From contig MU626450.1 of NCBI GenBank assembly GCA_025603075.1, positions 1-36,588 on the forward strand: DNA of 36,588 nucleotides, in the 5' to 3' direction. The notes below the pieces were generated by a model. It was not told the DNA's origin. It ran no database searches and saw nothing but the letters and a program-made list of their open reading frames with translations. The first letter of the stretch is position 1, and each line of letters opens with the position of its first letter. This document shows positions 1 through 11,472 of the stretch, piece by piece. Position numbers and translations under genes: made by a program. This stretch comes from Neoconidiobolus thromboides FSU 785. Taxonomy: Eukaryota; Fungi; Entomophthoromycota.

Positions 1-309
1 CTGAAGCTACTTGGCCCGGAGTTACTAACTTTGAAAAGTTCCAAAAGTATATCCATAATACTTACAGACCACAGGGTCTTCATAACGCTTGTCCAAATAT
101 GACTGAAGAAATTAGAGAAATTCTTGAGGTATGGTTCATTTTATATGGTAGTGTAATTTAGATTATTGACTTTACAATTGTAGGAAATCTTAGTTTGTAA
201 TCCAAAAAGAAGGATGAAAGGCACACAGTTTGTTTCTTTACCTTATTTTGCTATTGAAGAAGACCACGTATATCATAGGCTAGTTAGGATGCCTAGATTT
301 AATAAATAA
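1..309 (+). CDS. 3' end of a CDK-like (CMGC) Ser/Thr protein kinase, truncated at the window start
   Basis: Frame from base 3 reads EATWPGVTNFEKFQKY...EIREILE. After a GT-AG intron (129-183) it reads EILVCNPKRRMKGTQFVSLPYF...RFNK*, with TAA at 307-309. TWPGV and the L..NP..R....PYF tail are typical of CDK C-lobes. Confidence 0.75.
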
Positions 310-759
310 GATAATGAATCTATTAAAATAGTTTGGATATAGATTCATTGGCCTATATATAGTTCATATATTTAGTAGGCATTTGATAATTACGATATAA
401 TATAAAGTTAACCAAAGCAACTTTAACACATATTTTTGTTATTATTTGAATCAAGCTCATCATTATTTTGTATAAAAATAAAATTTTGATACTGTATGAA
501 TATTGATTTCACAAACTTTGTTATTTTGCTTGAAAAACTATTAAACATGCTAAAGTTTATTTTTTCTAAGAAGGGAGTTACTTTCCTATAATTCAGGATT
601 TCTCCAGTAATGAGATACAAAGCCTTTACAATGATTAAAAATCTGGAACGTAGAATTCTAACTTATCTATATAAGTGGTTAATAGTATCTAATCCTGGTT
701 TTAGAATCATCAACTTTTAGTTAATATAGATCTATTAATCAAATCGATCTATATAATAG

Positions 760-863
760 ATATGGGGATGTATTTTTGTATTTAAGAATTTTACTAACAA
801 TTTTTCACCCAAATGGCGCTTAAAGATGGAAAAATAATAAAGTCAAAAAAAACATCTCCATAT
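760..863 (+). mobile_element. ~100-bp MITE-like element, copy 1
   Basis: ATATGGGGATGTATTTTT...AAAAAAACATCTCCATAT terminal inverted repeats. The internal sequence aligns with four other copies in the window. Confidence 0.75.
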
Positions 864-1230
864 GCTAAAAAATTTAACAAATTGATACTATGTGTATTTT
901 GATATAGCAATATATACTGTTGTTAATACTCCCAAATTTATTGTCTATACTTACATCTCTACTAATTTATTTAGTCTATAACCACTTCCCATAGTCTATT
1001 CAGTTAGATTATGTAATTGTTTTTTTCTTAGTAAAACCAAGTCTTCATAAGAAAATCTGACACATTAAAATTAAAATAAATTATCATTTAGCTTTAGTCA
1101 TAAAATGGTATATATTAGAATCTAATACAGACAAATGACAAACTTAAAATTAACTTTGTCAAAACAAAAGATATTATCATTTAAGTTTTATAATAGGTGA
1201 TTGAGAAAAAACTTCGAGCTTAACTCATAC

Positions 1231-1330
1231 TTGGGAATGTATTTTTCGTCTAAGTGTTTCACTAGCAATCTTTCTGCTCCAATAGTGCTTAAAAATGAAA
1301 GAGTAATAAAACCAAAAAAACATCTCCATC
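1231..1330 (+). mobile_element. MITE-like element, copy 2 (more degenerate)
   Basis: TTGGGAATGTATTTTTCGTCTAAG...ATAGTGCTTAAAAATGAAAGAGTAATAAAACCAAAAAAACATCTCCAT, collinear with copies 1 and 3-5. Confidence 0.7.
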
Positions 1331-1627
1331 TGCTTGTTATCAAATTTAAACACCAAGCTTTTAAGCGGCAAAAAGCCTCCGATTGATGTAAATTATACAA
1401 AATTTAAAGACGTTTCTATATCTGATATTACTAGACTTCAATAGCATTATTAGGATTATTTTGTCATATTTATAATAGATAAGTTTTATTTTACCTTTTG
1501 CAACTTACCATTTTTAGAAGATTAATTTTTTCATTATTTGTAATCGCAAAAGTTTATCCAGGTCAACTTATGCAAAATTTTAATTTTAATAAAAGTCTAA
1601 TATTTACTAAAGAATTGTTTTTAAATT

Positions 1628-3564
1628 ATGTTTAAGTATAGTGAATCAACAATATTAAAATTAGGACGTAGCAGTTTATTTAATTTTAAATACAACAAAA
1701 CTAATATAAGGAGTCTTTCATCTTCAATTTCAACTTATAACGATAAAGAAGAAGTGCCAATTAATCATTTTGAAGAGTTCAATTTTCGAAAAGAGATTTT
1801 AAACTCAATCAATAAAGAATTAGGATGGAAATATCCAACCACTATACAAAGAAAAGTGTTCGAGTTGGCAAGTACAAAGAAAAACGTAACTTATTTATTC
1901 ATTCAAACATATTATAGAGCTTATTAACAACCATAGATTATTGCTTCCGCATGGACTGGGCAAGGAAAAACGGGTGCTTATATGATACCGATTATTAATC
2001 AAATATTAGAAACCACTGATGACATTGAGTTAAAATCAGAAGAAGCGGATAGAGCCGATATAAATTATATACGCCCAAAAGCCATAATAATGGCGCCTTC
2101 GTCAGAATTGGCACGCCAAGTTTATAAGAATTTCGTCGATTTTTCAAAGGACTTAGATATAAAGATAGGGTTGATTATTAATGAAGGAAGTGTAGAAGAA
2201 CAGGTATGATAGACTTTTTAATTTTAGATATATTTTTTATCCCTCTCTTTAGTTGGAATCTTTTCCAAAAAAAGTTGATGTACTTGTTTGTACTCCAGGT
2301 CGCATGCTTCAACATCTTTTATTTATAAAAAATCAAATGGAAAAAGATTATCCAAATTATCCTATTCAAGAAACAAAAAGACAAAGTATATTAAGTATGA
2401 CAAGGGTTAATCATTTTGTCATCGATGAATGTGATAAGTTATTAAGTTTAGGTCATTTACCAGATGGTAGGATTTATTACTCGCTGTTTGATAAAAAAGG
2501 ATAATTGTTTTTAGTTTTAGGATGCTGGGAATTGATTTCAAAACCATATAAACAAAAAAGATTGAGTAAAATTCAAGTAATGATTTGTTCCGCTACCATT
2601 GTAAAAGAAGTGCATGGTTTTATTATGAAGATTGCACCTCATTATAAACTGTTAGATTTAAACGAAAACATGGGTGTACCAAAAAATAGTAAGTTCAGTT
2701 TATATTTTACGAAAATAGTACTAATTTTGATAGTTAAACAAATTAGGTATGATGTGCATAATCAAAGAAAGTCAAGTTTATTACTTTATCTTTTAAGAAG
2801 AAAAGGAAAGATTTCTTTAAAAGTAATATTTCTTAAATTTTTAAATTGAAAAAATTAAACTTAGTTATTAGGATAAAAAAATCTTAGTATTTGTGAGAAC
2901 AATACAAAAATGTAATAGATTATCGGAAGCATTAAATGCCGAGGGATTTACTGCCGCTTCTTTACATGCCGATGTTAGCCCTAATAAAAGAGATAGAGTT
3001 ATCAATGATTTTAAACATGGATCACTCAACATACTTATCTCAACGGATATAGCAACACGTGGATTAGATTTAACTAACCTTAATTATGTAATAAATTATG
3101 ACTTACCAAATGTACCAGCAGATTATATCCATCGTGTAGGGAGATGTGGAAGAGCTGGTAGAGAAGGTACAGCAATAAGCTTTGTTTCTAAAGATATCGA
3201 AGAAATAAATAGAGGGAACGGAATGGATGCCATAAGAAATGAAAAAGAAATTATGGAACAAATCGAAAAATTGTTAGAAAAGTCCTATAATGATAAACAT
3301 TGTTCTAGATTAGAAACTAGAAAAATCCCTGGGCCATTTTTAGATGTTGATGATTATACTGTTATAAAAAAGGTCGCCGTTAATCCATCTTATCGTTATC
3401 TCGTTCAACATTCTTCAACTCCTAAAAAAAAGAATACTATCAAAAATGAAGCCAAAAATGATTATGTATCTCTTATGAATAAATACACCGAAAATGGTGC
3501 AAAACGTAAAGGTATTGTAATATCTGCTAAAGATGCAAAAGCTAGTTTACGCGGGAGTAAATAA
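1628..3564 (+). CDS. DEAD-box RNA helicase (DECD variant, RhlE-like C-terminal domain), probable mitochondrial presequence; 6 exons
   Basis: Exons are about 1628-1885, 1937-2203, 2253-2466, 2515-2688, 2734-2822 and 2872-3564. The joined protein has a Q motif (LGWKYPTTIQ), motif I (WTGQGKT), Ia (APSSELARQ), TPGR, DECD, SAT, STDIATRGLD and HRVGRCGRAG. Confidence 0.9.
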
Positions 3565-3689
3565 GTAACATTACTAATAAAAATATATAATAGATAAGTC
3601 CTTTTTATTTAATATGAATAAAATTATAGAAAAAAATTAATCTTCACTGCAGTAAAAACTGTCTTACGCCTTTCAAGATTTAAAAAAAA

Positions 3690-5338
3690 CTACTCAGCAT
3701 GTAAAGTTCTATAAGCACTTAATACCTTTTCCCTGCCTTCAATGATTTCAGATTGAATATAAAATACAGGACCAAGTAAAGGAGAATCATAATTCTTATA
3801 TCTGTATTTTTTTTGATGCTTTACATACTGTGTCATATTAGAATATAAAGTATTGAAAGCACTTATAAACTTGCTAATAATCATGCTATATTTTCGAGTA
3901 CCGGAGCATACATTATTTTCTTCATTCTCAGGATCCAAAATAACTAAATTAGCTCCTGGAGCAACACCATCTGGTTTTTCCTTGGATTAAGTTAGTGTTG
4001 GCAAAATATCAAATATAAAAGTGTAAGTCCTTACAAAATAATAGCCACCATTTGATAATGAAATTCCAATATTTCTAAAATTATGATTTTTGCTATAATA
4101 CTCAAAAAACTCAGTCAATAAAACACCTAAATTATCATCCGAAGGGTCAATTAAGCCTGTTTGGATTAAGGGATGGTGCTAAAAAGAGTTCATTAAATGA
4201 AATTATTAAAAGTATTAAATTATTTACCTGAAAAAAGCTGACGATCATCAAGGTGATACCGTAGGAACCGATGTAGCCTTCAAACACTTTATTCATCTTA
4301 TTAATTGATAAAAAGTGCTTAAGTAACATAATCATATTTCTTAAAGAAGGACAGTCATCAATAAATTTGTCAACAATTTCTTTACTTCTTATCCCACTTT
4401 CAACATTTACTGAAATATCAACTTCATACCCAGTTAATGGATCTATAAAATTAATAATTGGAACCTGAATAATATATTTAATCGGCTTTTATAATATTAG
4501 AACTTTAGTGCTTACCTTTGCCTTTAATCTAACCTCGAATTTAGAAGGATAGTTGAATTCTTCTTTAATACGTGGTGCTAACTCCTTTATTAAGAAAGTT
4601 TCAGCTTTCCCCATACGAGTTTCATCTATAATTACTAAATCAACATCACTTATTTTAAGTTAGTAACTAATATTATTAAAATAGAACAAAATTATACCTA
4701 GTTGGAAGATATAAGTCAGTGCTAAATGATCCAAAAATATGAGCTTTAGCTTGTTCTCCCCAAAGATCTACAACAACTCTTTGTACCCTTTCTTTTGTAT
4801 ACTTTCTCATAAATGTTTCTTCTTGTTTTGGTGAAAGATATTTAATAAAATTTACAATCTCTTCATGTAACCTAGTATTAAAAAAATAATTTAAATAATA
4901 TACAGCTACTTAAATGACTTACCTAACCTGTGGCTCAAGTCCAGGCTCATAATCACCAACATCGAACCATGTGTCAGAACCTTCTTCTTCAGTTTGAATA
5001 TTTAACCATGTTGAATTACTTACCTGTGCTTGGTTAATTTCTTCGTCCGAGTTAAAAGCAATAAAACCAGAGTCTGAAGAGTCTTCATCGTCTACATTAA
5101 ACGCTTCCTCGACGACAGAAGTAATCCTAACATTGTTATTACTAATCTTATTTTGGTTAGCATTAGTTTTAAAACTCAAATTCTTGTTTTTTGTTTTTAT
5201 TCTTTTTGTTACCAATTCTTCTTCACTAGTATCGGTAACTTCCTGTCCTGAATCACTTCCTTTATTGTTGAGTACTTCTTCGATCAAATTTATACTTGTT
5301 GCTTTAGTTGTTTTAGCTAATTTTCTTCCTTTTGCCAT
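3690..5338 (-). CDS. TRF4: Non-canonical poly(A) polymerase, Trf4/PAPD5-7 family (TRAMP); multi-exon
   Basis: Spliced minus-strand translation gives LHEEIVNFIKYLSP, IFGSFSTDLYLPTSDVDLVI (GS plus DxD catalytic motif), KVPIINF.D...EVDISVN, GSYGITLMIVSFFQ, NLGVLLTEFFEYY and LVILDPENEENNV. The N-terminus is basic then acidic and low complexity. Confidence 0.9.
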
Positions 5339-6220
5339 TTCAAAATTAAAATTTTTAAAAAAGTTTAAATTCTTTTTTTATAAAATCAATGATCTGAAAA
5401 ATCAAGGGTTGGTTTGAATAATTATGTATTTTTATATGAATAAGTTTAAAAGTTTGGTTTAAATTGAAAATAAGATTTTTAATTCCTCCTTTTCCCATTC
5501 TTATTTGGCGCAAAATTTTTAGAAAACTATTAAGTAAAACCAAACAAAAAAGCATTGCAATATGAGTGAATGAATTATTTAAAATTAAACAAAAAAGTAA
5601 AAATTTTCGTAGAACTTAGCATTTAGTTTATAATTTTTGCCAAAAATTAGAATTGAATAAAACTTGAACTAAGTTTTAACTAATCTATATGAAATGAATA
5701 ATTCTGTTGTTATAAATTAATGATTTTGTGATTAATTAATTTAAATAATTTGTGCTTCTGAGAAAACTTTTCATAAGTTTCCCATGATTTTTAGTAACTG
5801 TTTGGATACCAAATTTCATAAAAATATTTAAAAGTACAAATTTATTTACAAAACATCAATTAAGCAAGAATTCTTTGTACAATTACACTAAAGCTTAGTT
5901 TATACTAATAAAATAACTTAGAGGTTTATTGCCATAAAAAATTCTAAAAGTAACTGGCAGCTTAACAAAAAAATCTGTTTAAAAATAAGTTTGTCTTCAA
6001 AAGCAAAAATTCCGCTATTTCAACTATTAGTTCAATTACTCTTCTTTTATATAAATGAATCTATGAGTCTATTTTATAAACAGCCTAAAAATTACCTTTA
6101 TTCCAAGCCATACTGACTTAAACCTTGGATGACGAACTCAGTCTTCTCTAGTGCCTGAAGGGTCAAAAATACAAGGTATGTTTTTTGTATGAGAAATTCA
6201 CTATTTTTTTCTAATCAATA

Positions 6221-6322
6221 ATGGGGATGTATTTCTATGTTCAAGAGCTTTACTAATAATTTTTCCACTCAAATAGCGCTTAAAGGATGGAAAAAGTAAT
6301 GAAGCCAAAAAAACATCCCCAA
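6221..6322 (+). mobile_element. MITE-like element, copy 3
   Basis: ATGGGGATGTATTTCT...AAATAGCGCTTAAAGGATGGAAAAAGTAATGAAGCCAAAAAAACATCCCCAA. Confidence 0.75.
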
Positions 6323-7131
6323 TGCTTAAAAAATTCAAAAAACAACGAAATCAAAAAAGAATCCGCATATTAAGATTTTTTAATAAACCCTTATAAGCTC
6401 AGTTTAGAAAAAACAAAGATGTTGGTTCCAGTAGTACTTTTTTCCAGCTATTATTTTTTAAATTTATTAGCTAAAAATGATACAAAGATGAAGCAAATAT
6501 TTTGACAAATGCAATTTTATTATAGCTTATTTTTATTTAAAGGACATTGGGGAGATTTATGAGAAGTCCAATATATTGTTACTTTCACGATTTTCTTTCA
6601 TGTAATTGTAATCTAACAGCTAGTTAGTAAACCTATAGCTCTAAAAGATAATTTAAAATAGCTTTAAAATATGCAAAAGTAATAATACAATAAAGCAAAA
6701 TCATAACTAGAAATGGTTGTTTGATTTTGTTATTTCAAAATGAATAAATGGGCTTTAAGGAATAAAACAGCGAAATTAACTATCAGAGATCATAAATATT
6801 ATTCATATAAATAATGTTACAAAACTTCAAAGTATAAAAATAGTTGTAATCTAAAGTTTAATTAATAATGTTGCTAATAAAGAAATAAGATTAAAACTAT
6901 ATAAACTTTATATTATAAAAATATAATATAAATCTACATGAAATGAGAAATAAGCCAATAAATAAGTTAGATCATTAATAAATTTATACTAATATTTTAC
7001 AAAATTAACTTAAAGTTATAATGAGATTAAAATTTTGAAACGTTATAAAACATTGGAAAGAAGTGATGTTTATTGGCTTAATTATTGACTCTAAATTTTT
7101 TAAAAAGTATAATATTATGAAGTAATAAGAG

Positions 7132-7221
7132 TATAAAAGCAAACTAAAATAGTCAACAAAAATTATAAAACAAATATATTCAAATATTAGTATTTAGATA
7201 ACTTCAAACTATACTGTAAAC
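7132..7221 (+). promoter_or_regulatory. TATA box and conserved leader of small secreted protein gene 1
   Basis: TATAAAAG at 7132, 90 nt before the ATG. The sequence between TATA and ATG aligns with 8528-8617. Confidence 0.65.
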
Positions 7222-7434
7222 ATGCAATTCAAATTCCTCTTCATTGCTTTCTTTGCTACCATTTTTGCTATGCCAACCCCAGATGGTACCGGTGATGGTA
7301 TTAAAGCCGAGGTTGCTGATAAAGCTGCCGCTCAAGCTGCTGGAAAAACTGCCACTGTAGCTACTACTCAAGCAGATTCGGCCCCAAAAAGTGCTAAAGT
7401 AGCTACCACTAGGAACGTTTTGATTATTGAGTGA
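7222..7434 (+). CDS. Small secreted Ala/Thr/Lys-rich protein, MQFK family member 1 (70 aa)
   Basis: Signal-peptide-like N-terminus MQFKFLFIAFFATIFA followed by MPTPDG. Paralogous to 8618-8878 and 36283-36519. Strong gct/act codon use, no introns, no Cys. Confidence 0.8.
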   Translation: MQFKFLFIAFFATIFAMPTPDGTGDGIKAEVADKAAAQAAGKTATVATTQADSAPKSAKVATTRNVLIIE

Positions 7435-7874
7435 TTTAAATAGAGTTGAATAATCAAAAGCTAAAGCCAGTACTGCTATTAAAGCTTAATTAAATTCATT
7501 GTAATGTTAATTTTAAATTATAAATAACTGCTATTATTTAATTCTCAAATTTAATATATTTTAACTTTAATTAATGTATTTTAGCTTTAATTTATAATTT
7601 TTTAAGACTTTAAATTTTGATTACAAATGATAAGTTTGTAAAATACTATAAAGTAAAAAAAACTATTATTAAACCATTAAATTGATATTTCAGTGAACAA
7701 CAGTCATATGCCGACGTTGTTAAAATTTTTAGGTGACTTGTTGCAAAGTTGGTATTGTATATTATGACACTGATAGCTGAAGATAGATTGTTGTTCTCAG
7801 CTATTATCTCTTCTACTTTTACATATTACAAAACTGAAAAATATCAATAAAATACTAGACCAAAAAAATGTTAC

Positions 7875-7977
7875 TATATGGGGGTGTTTTTTTTCATTAC
7901 TTTTTCCATCTTTTAAGCACTATATGAGCGAAAAGTTGTTGGCAACATTCTTAGACAAGAAAATACGTCCCCATATA
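7875..7977 (-). mobile_element. MITE-like element, copy 4 (reverse orientation)
   Basis: TATATGGGGGTGTTTT...AAAATACGTCCCCATATA. The reverse complement aligns with copies 1-3. Confidence 0.75.
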
Positions 7978-8527
7978 CCAAATTATTTCCAGCCATTTTT
8001 TAATTTTTATTAACACAATATTAGGCAAGTATCTCTTTCAAAGTATCAAATTTTTTTCTTCATTAATATATTTCTACCAGTAACAGAAAAATATATGGAA
8101 GCAATGATTTTGAATTTCCTAAGCTATCTTTAGAATTAGTATTTAACTATTATTGAACCATTTTTTGTCAACTATTATTGCATCATTATACTCTAGTAAG
8201 TTGTAAGTTAAACGATACATTTAACTTTAAAAAGTAAAACAAAAGCAGATTTAAAGCGTTGAAGTTTGAACATGTAAATAAAATTAATTAATTATTGTTT
8301 TGTATAATATTAGGATCTTAGAGTATAATAGTAAGAATGAAAATTACTTTTACCAGATAAGATTGATTAAAGCAATGTTAACTATCGGAGGTTTGTTAGT
8401 ATTACATAAATAATCTAAATAGTTTGAAAGTTTATTAAATAATCAAAAATGGTTAATTTTATTGATTTGATTAGTCGAATTTAGTAATTAAATATTGACG
8501 ACATAACATAAATCGGGTTATTGAGAG

Positions 8528-8617
8528 TATAAAAGCAAACTAAAACAATCAATCAAAGTTATAATACATCTACATTCAAATATTAGTACTTAGATAACTT
8601 TAAACTATATTATAAAC
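8528..8617 (+). promoter_or_regulatory. TATA box and conserved leader of small secreted protein gene 2
   Basis: TATAAAAGCAAACTAAAA at 8528, 90 nt before the ATG. TTAGATAA lies 28 nt before the ATG, as in copy 1. Confidence 0.65.
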
Positions 8618-8878
8618 ATGCAATTCAAATTACTTATCGCTGCTTTCTTCGCTACTACTTTCGCTATTCCAACCCCAAATGGTATTGCTGATTTGATTAA
8701 TCCTTTAAACACTGCTAAAACCACTGTTGAAGCTGGCGACACACTTGCTAAAGAATCTAAAAGTGAAGTTGATGATGTCGAAGGTAAAGCTAAGGATAAA
8801 GCTATCGATGGTGTTAATACAGTTCCTAGAAGAGTTAAAGAAGTCGCTCCAGGAGTTCAAAATATACCAGGGCTTTAA
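8618..8878 (+). CDS. Small secreted protein, MQFK family member 2 (86 aa)
   Basis: MQFKLLIAAFFATTFAIPTPNG followed by an Ala/Lys/Asp/Glu-rich, Cys-free mature region. Shares VAPG with member 3. Confidence 0.85.
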   Translation: MQFKLLIAAFFATTFAIPTPNGIADLINPLNTAKTTVEAGDTLAKESKSEVDDVEGKAKDKAIDGVNTVPRRVKEVAPGVQNIPGL

Positions 8879-9243
8879 ATGAGATTAATAAGTTCAAGCT
8901 AAGGCTACTATTAAAGACTCATTAAGTCCATCATAATTGATTTTAATAAAGCTTTGATTTCCATCAATTTATTTTTATTATGATAATTTACCTAACTTAC
9001 AAATATTAATCTTACAAATAGTTTAAACTATAAATAATGTTCAAAATTAAAATTAAAATATTGAAATCTAATTTATCAAGGTAGACTAGTTAAACATAGT
9101 TTAATAACTATATTTTAAAATACAATAAATTAAGTAAAACTTAGTTTACTGTTACAACTTATAGGACAAATATAATAACTATAAAGAATATAATACAGAA
9201 TATGGGCGCACATAATATAAATTAAAATGAAACTTTTATATTA

Positions 9244-11051
9244 TTAACTAGGGGGAGATGAGGAAAGATTTAAAAGATTAATTATATTATTTAACTTTTC
9301 TTCACTATTCAATTCTTCGATTTCTTCAAGGTCTACTTCTTTCATGTATTTTTTAATAATAGCAAACAGCTGCTTATTCTGTTCATTTATTTGCTGTTGA
9401 TTAGATATGATACTTTCCTTTGCATGCAATAAGACTGAGTATTTAGAGTCTTTCTCAGTCATTCCTGTAAGGGTATTCCTTAATACATTAAATTGGTCAT
9501 TTAAAGCTTGTCTACGCAAGCGTTCGGAATCTTTATGTGCCTTTCTCTTTTTTTCAATTTGTAAACTTGCTTGAGGTCCAAAATCTAATCCAAAATCTTT
9601 GTTTTTTCCTTCAAGTAAAAGCTGATAATTAGATTTGGTAGCTAATTGATTCATAAAATTTGTACTATTATTTATAATAATTGGCGTAAATGGAGTATTG
9701 CTAGAGTTGATACTTATTTCATTCATTCCTGGTGTCAATCGTTCATTATGTGTTTCAAGTGAGTTAGGGTATATACTTTTATTGGGCAACAGGGGCAAAA
9801 GCTTTCTTTCTGAGACTTTTCTTTCCCTTTTATTGCGCCGTCTTGTTATTGTTTCTTGCTTTAGTATTTTTGTTTGTTCGCTACTATCATTATGGTCATC
9901 TTGTTTTAAATCAGGCTCTGTATCATGACTAGTTAGATTGGTTGATAATATAAAAGGATTGCTATTGGCTAAATCAACATTGGAAGTCTCATTTTTAGCG
10001 TCTGAAGTAGAGCTTGAGTTTTTATCCTCAGTTTCTTTGTCATTCTTAATAATAGTTTGCTCGTCATTTTTTTGTTTTAAGCTCTTTTTTGTTTTAATTC
10101 TTGGGGCAATTTTTTTCTTTATCCTAGGAACTTCAGGAAGACTTATTGTTTTAATGTCTTTTAATAAATGTGGAGTTTCAGGCTGAAACAGCCTATTGTG
10201 ACTTATATTCCCATTACTTGATATTCCAGTTGGTGAAAATAAATTATTAGCTGTACTATCTTGATAAATAGCATTAGCAGAATGTATACTCCTCTGCATT
10301 AGAAAAGGTGCAGTTGGAGTGGAGGGTGGGGGATGAGAATTACTATTTAAAGATAAATCATAAGAGTTTGGGAGTTTATGATCCAAATCCATACTCAAAT
10401 TAGGGTGTCCTTCCTTAAAAAATGACTCATCTTGGTTGAATAGGTTGGTTTGATTTACCATTTCATTATAATTTCCTCCTAAATTGAATACTCCTCTAAA
10501 TCCCATTTAATTATTAATCTTTGTTCTAAAAATTTAAATTACCTTTCAATTTGATTTGAATATCCCACATGGTTTTGACCATTTGAGGGATTCCATGTTT
10601 GACTTAACAATTTAAATTGCTGTTGTTGTATAATATAATCTGTATTAGGATTATTTTGCTCACGAAAAGTTGTTGTAGAATTTTCCGATTCCATATTGTT
10701 AAGATGATTTTCATTGCTTGAACCCTCACCATAAGTAATTTTATTGAAAGGATGGCTAATACTCATTAGTTCATCTCGAGATTGAGGGAAAGAAGGTACT
10801 TCGCTTAACCCAATGTCTTGGTAACCTATACTATTATTGAAACTAAATCCATTTTGAAAAAAATGAGAGTTTCCATGGGCATTTATATTTTGGTAAGGGC
10901 TAGCTTCAAACAAGGTAGTATCAAAACTATAATTATATTCCTGAGACATTGTATTCGAATCGAAGCAAGTAGTACTATTTTTATTTGCAACACTTTTTTC
11001 TTCCATACGATAATATAAAGTGGCCAATTTCTTGAAGTTATTAAATTTCAA
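9244..11051 (-). CDS. bHLH transcription factor with C-terminal bHLH; 2 or more exons, start codon uncertain
   Basis: RKAHKDSERLRRQALNDQFNVLRNTL...KDSKYSVLLHAKESI is a bHLH basic region/helix1/helix2. A 47-nt intron (10496-10542) joins the two ORFs in frame (IER|GVFNLGG). The true start may be MEEK (about 11006) or an upstream exon. Confidence 0.8.
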
Positions 11052-11472
11052 GCTTTATTGGCTTTTAAACTATTAAAACTAAAGAGAATTTAATACTTGT
11101 TTTTGTGATTCTGTATAAACCATTTTACTATTGATTGATATATTAGGCACATGGGCCTTATGCAGCCTCTAATTGGACATTCAAGAACTAACCTTTATCA
11201 TTTCTTGAATGGTTTAATAGGAATTTCTAATTTTAGACATAATTTTTAGAATTTTTTTGTTCTTTATTGATTAATATCATATATTCATATATATACTAGA
11301 TTTTGGTAGTAAAAGATCATGAAAATTAAAACATTTTAAAATTAAGTATATATTAATCAGTATATGTCACTATTATTTAAAGTATGGTTAGTTATACTTG
11401 AATTTTTTGACTTAACTGTTTAAATTTATAATCAATTCCTAATTTTTCTCTATCCAATGATAGGTCAGTAAG

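Noticed and set aside
423-620. ORFs 423-620 (-) and 5355-5555 (-)
   Set aside because: Low-complexity F/I/N/K-rich translations typical of AT-rich spacer DNA, with no splice or motif support.
724-754. ATATAGATC/GATCTATAT inverted repeat next to MITE copy 1
   Set aside because: It is not present beside the other copies and is AT-rich and short.
1188-1400. ORF-track entries 1188-1400 (-) and 1201-1386 (+)
   Set aside because: They overlap MITE copy 2, start at weak or non-ATG codons and show no recognisable motifs. They are probably chance frames.
6120-6165. GC-richer patch ACCTTGGATGACG...CCTGAAGGGT resembling a box C/D snoRNA; a similar TGGATGACG...CTGA occurs on the minus strand near 24860-24905
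   Set aside because: The C box is non-canonical, the C-to-D distance is only about 30-40 nt, and I could not identify a contiguous rRNA-complementary guide.
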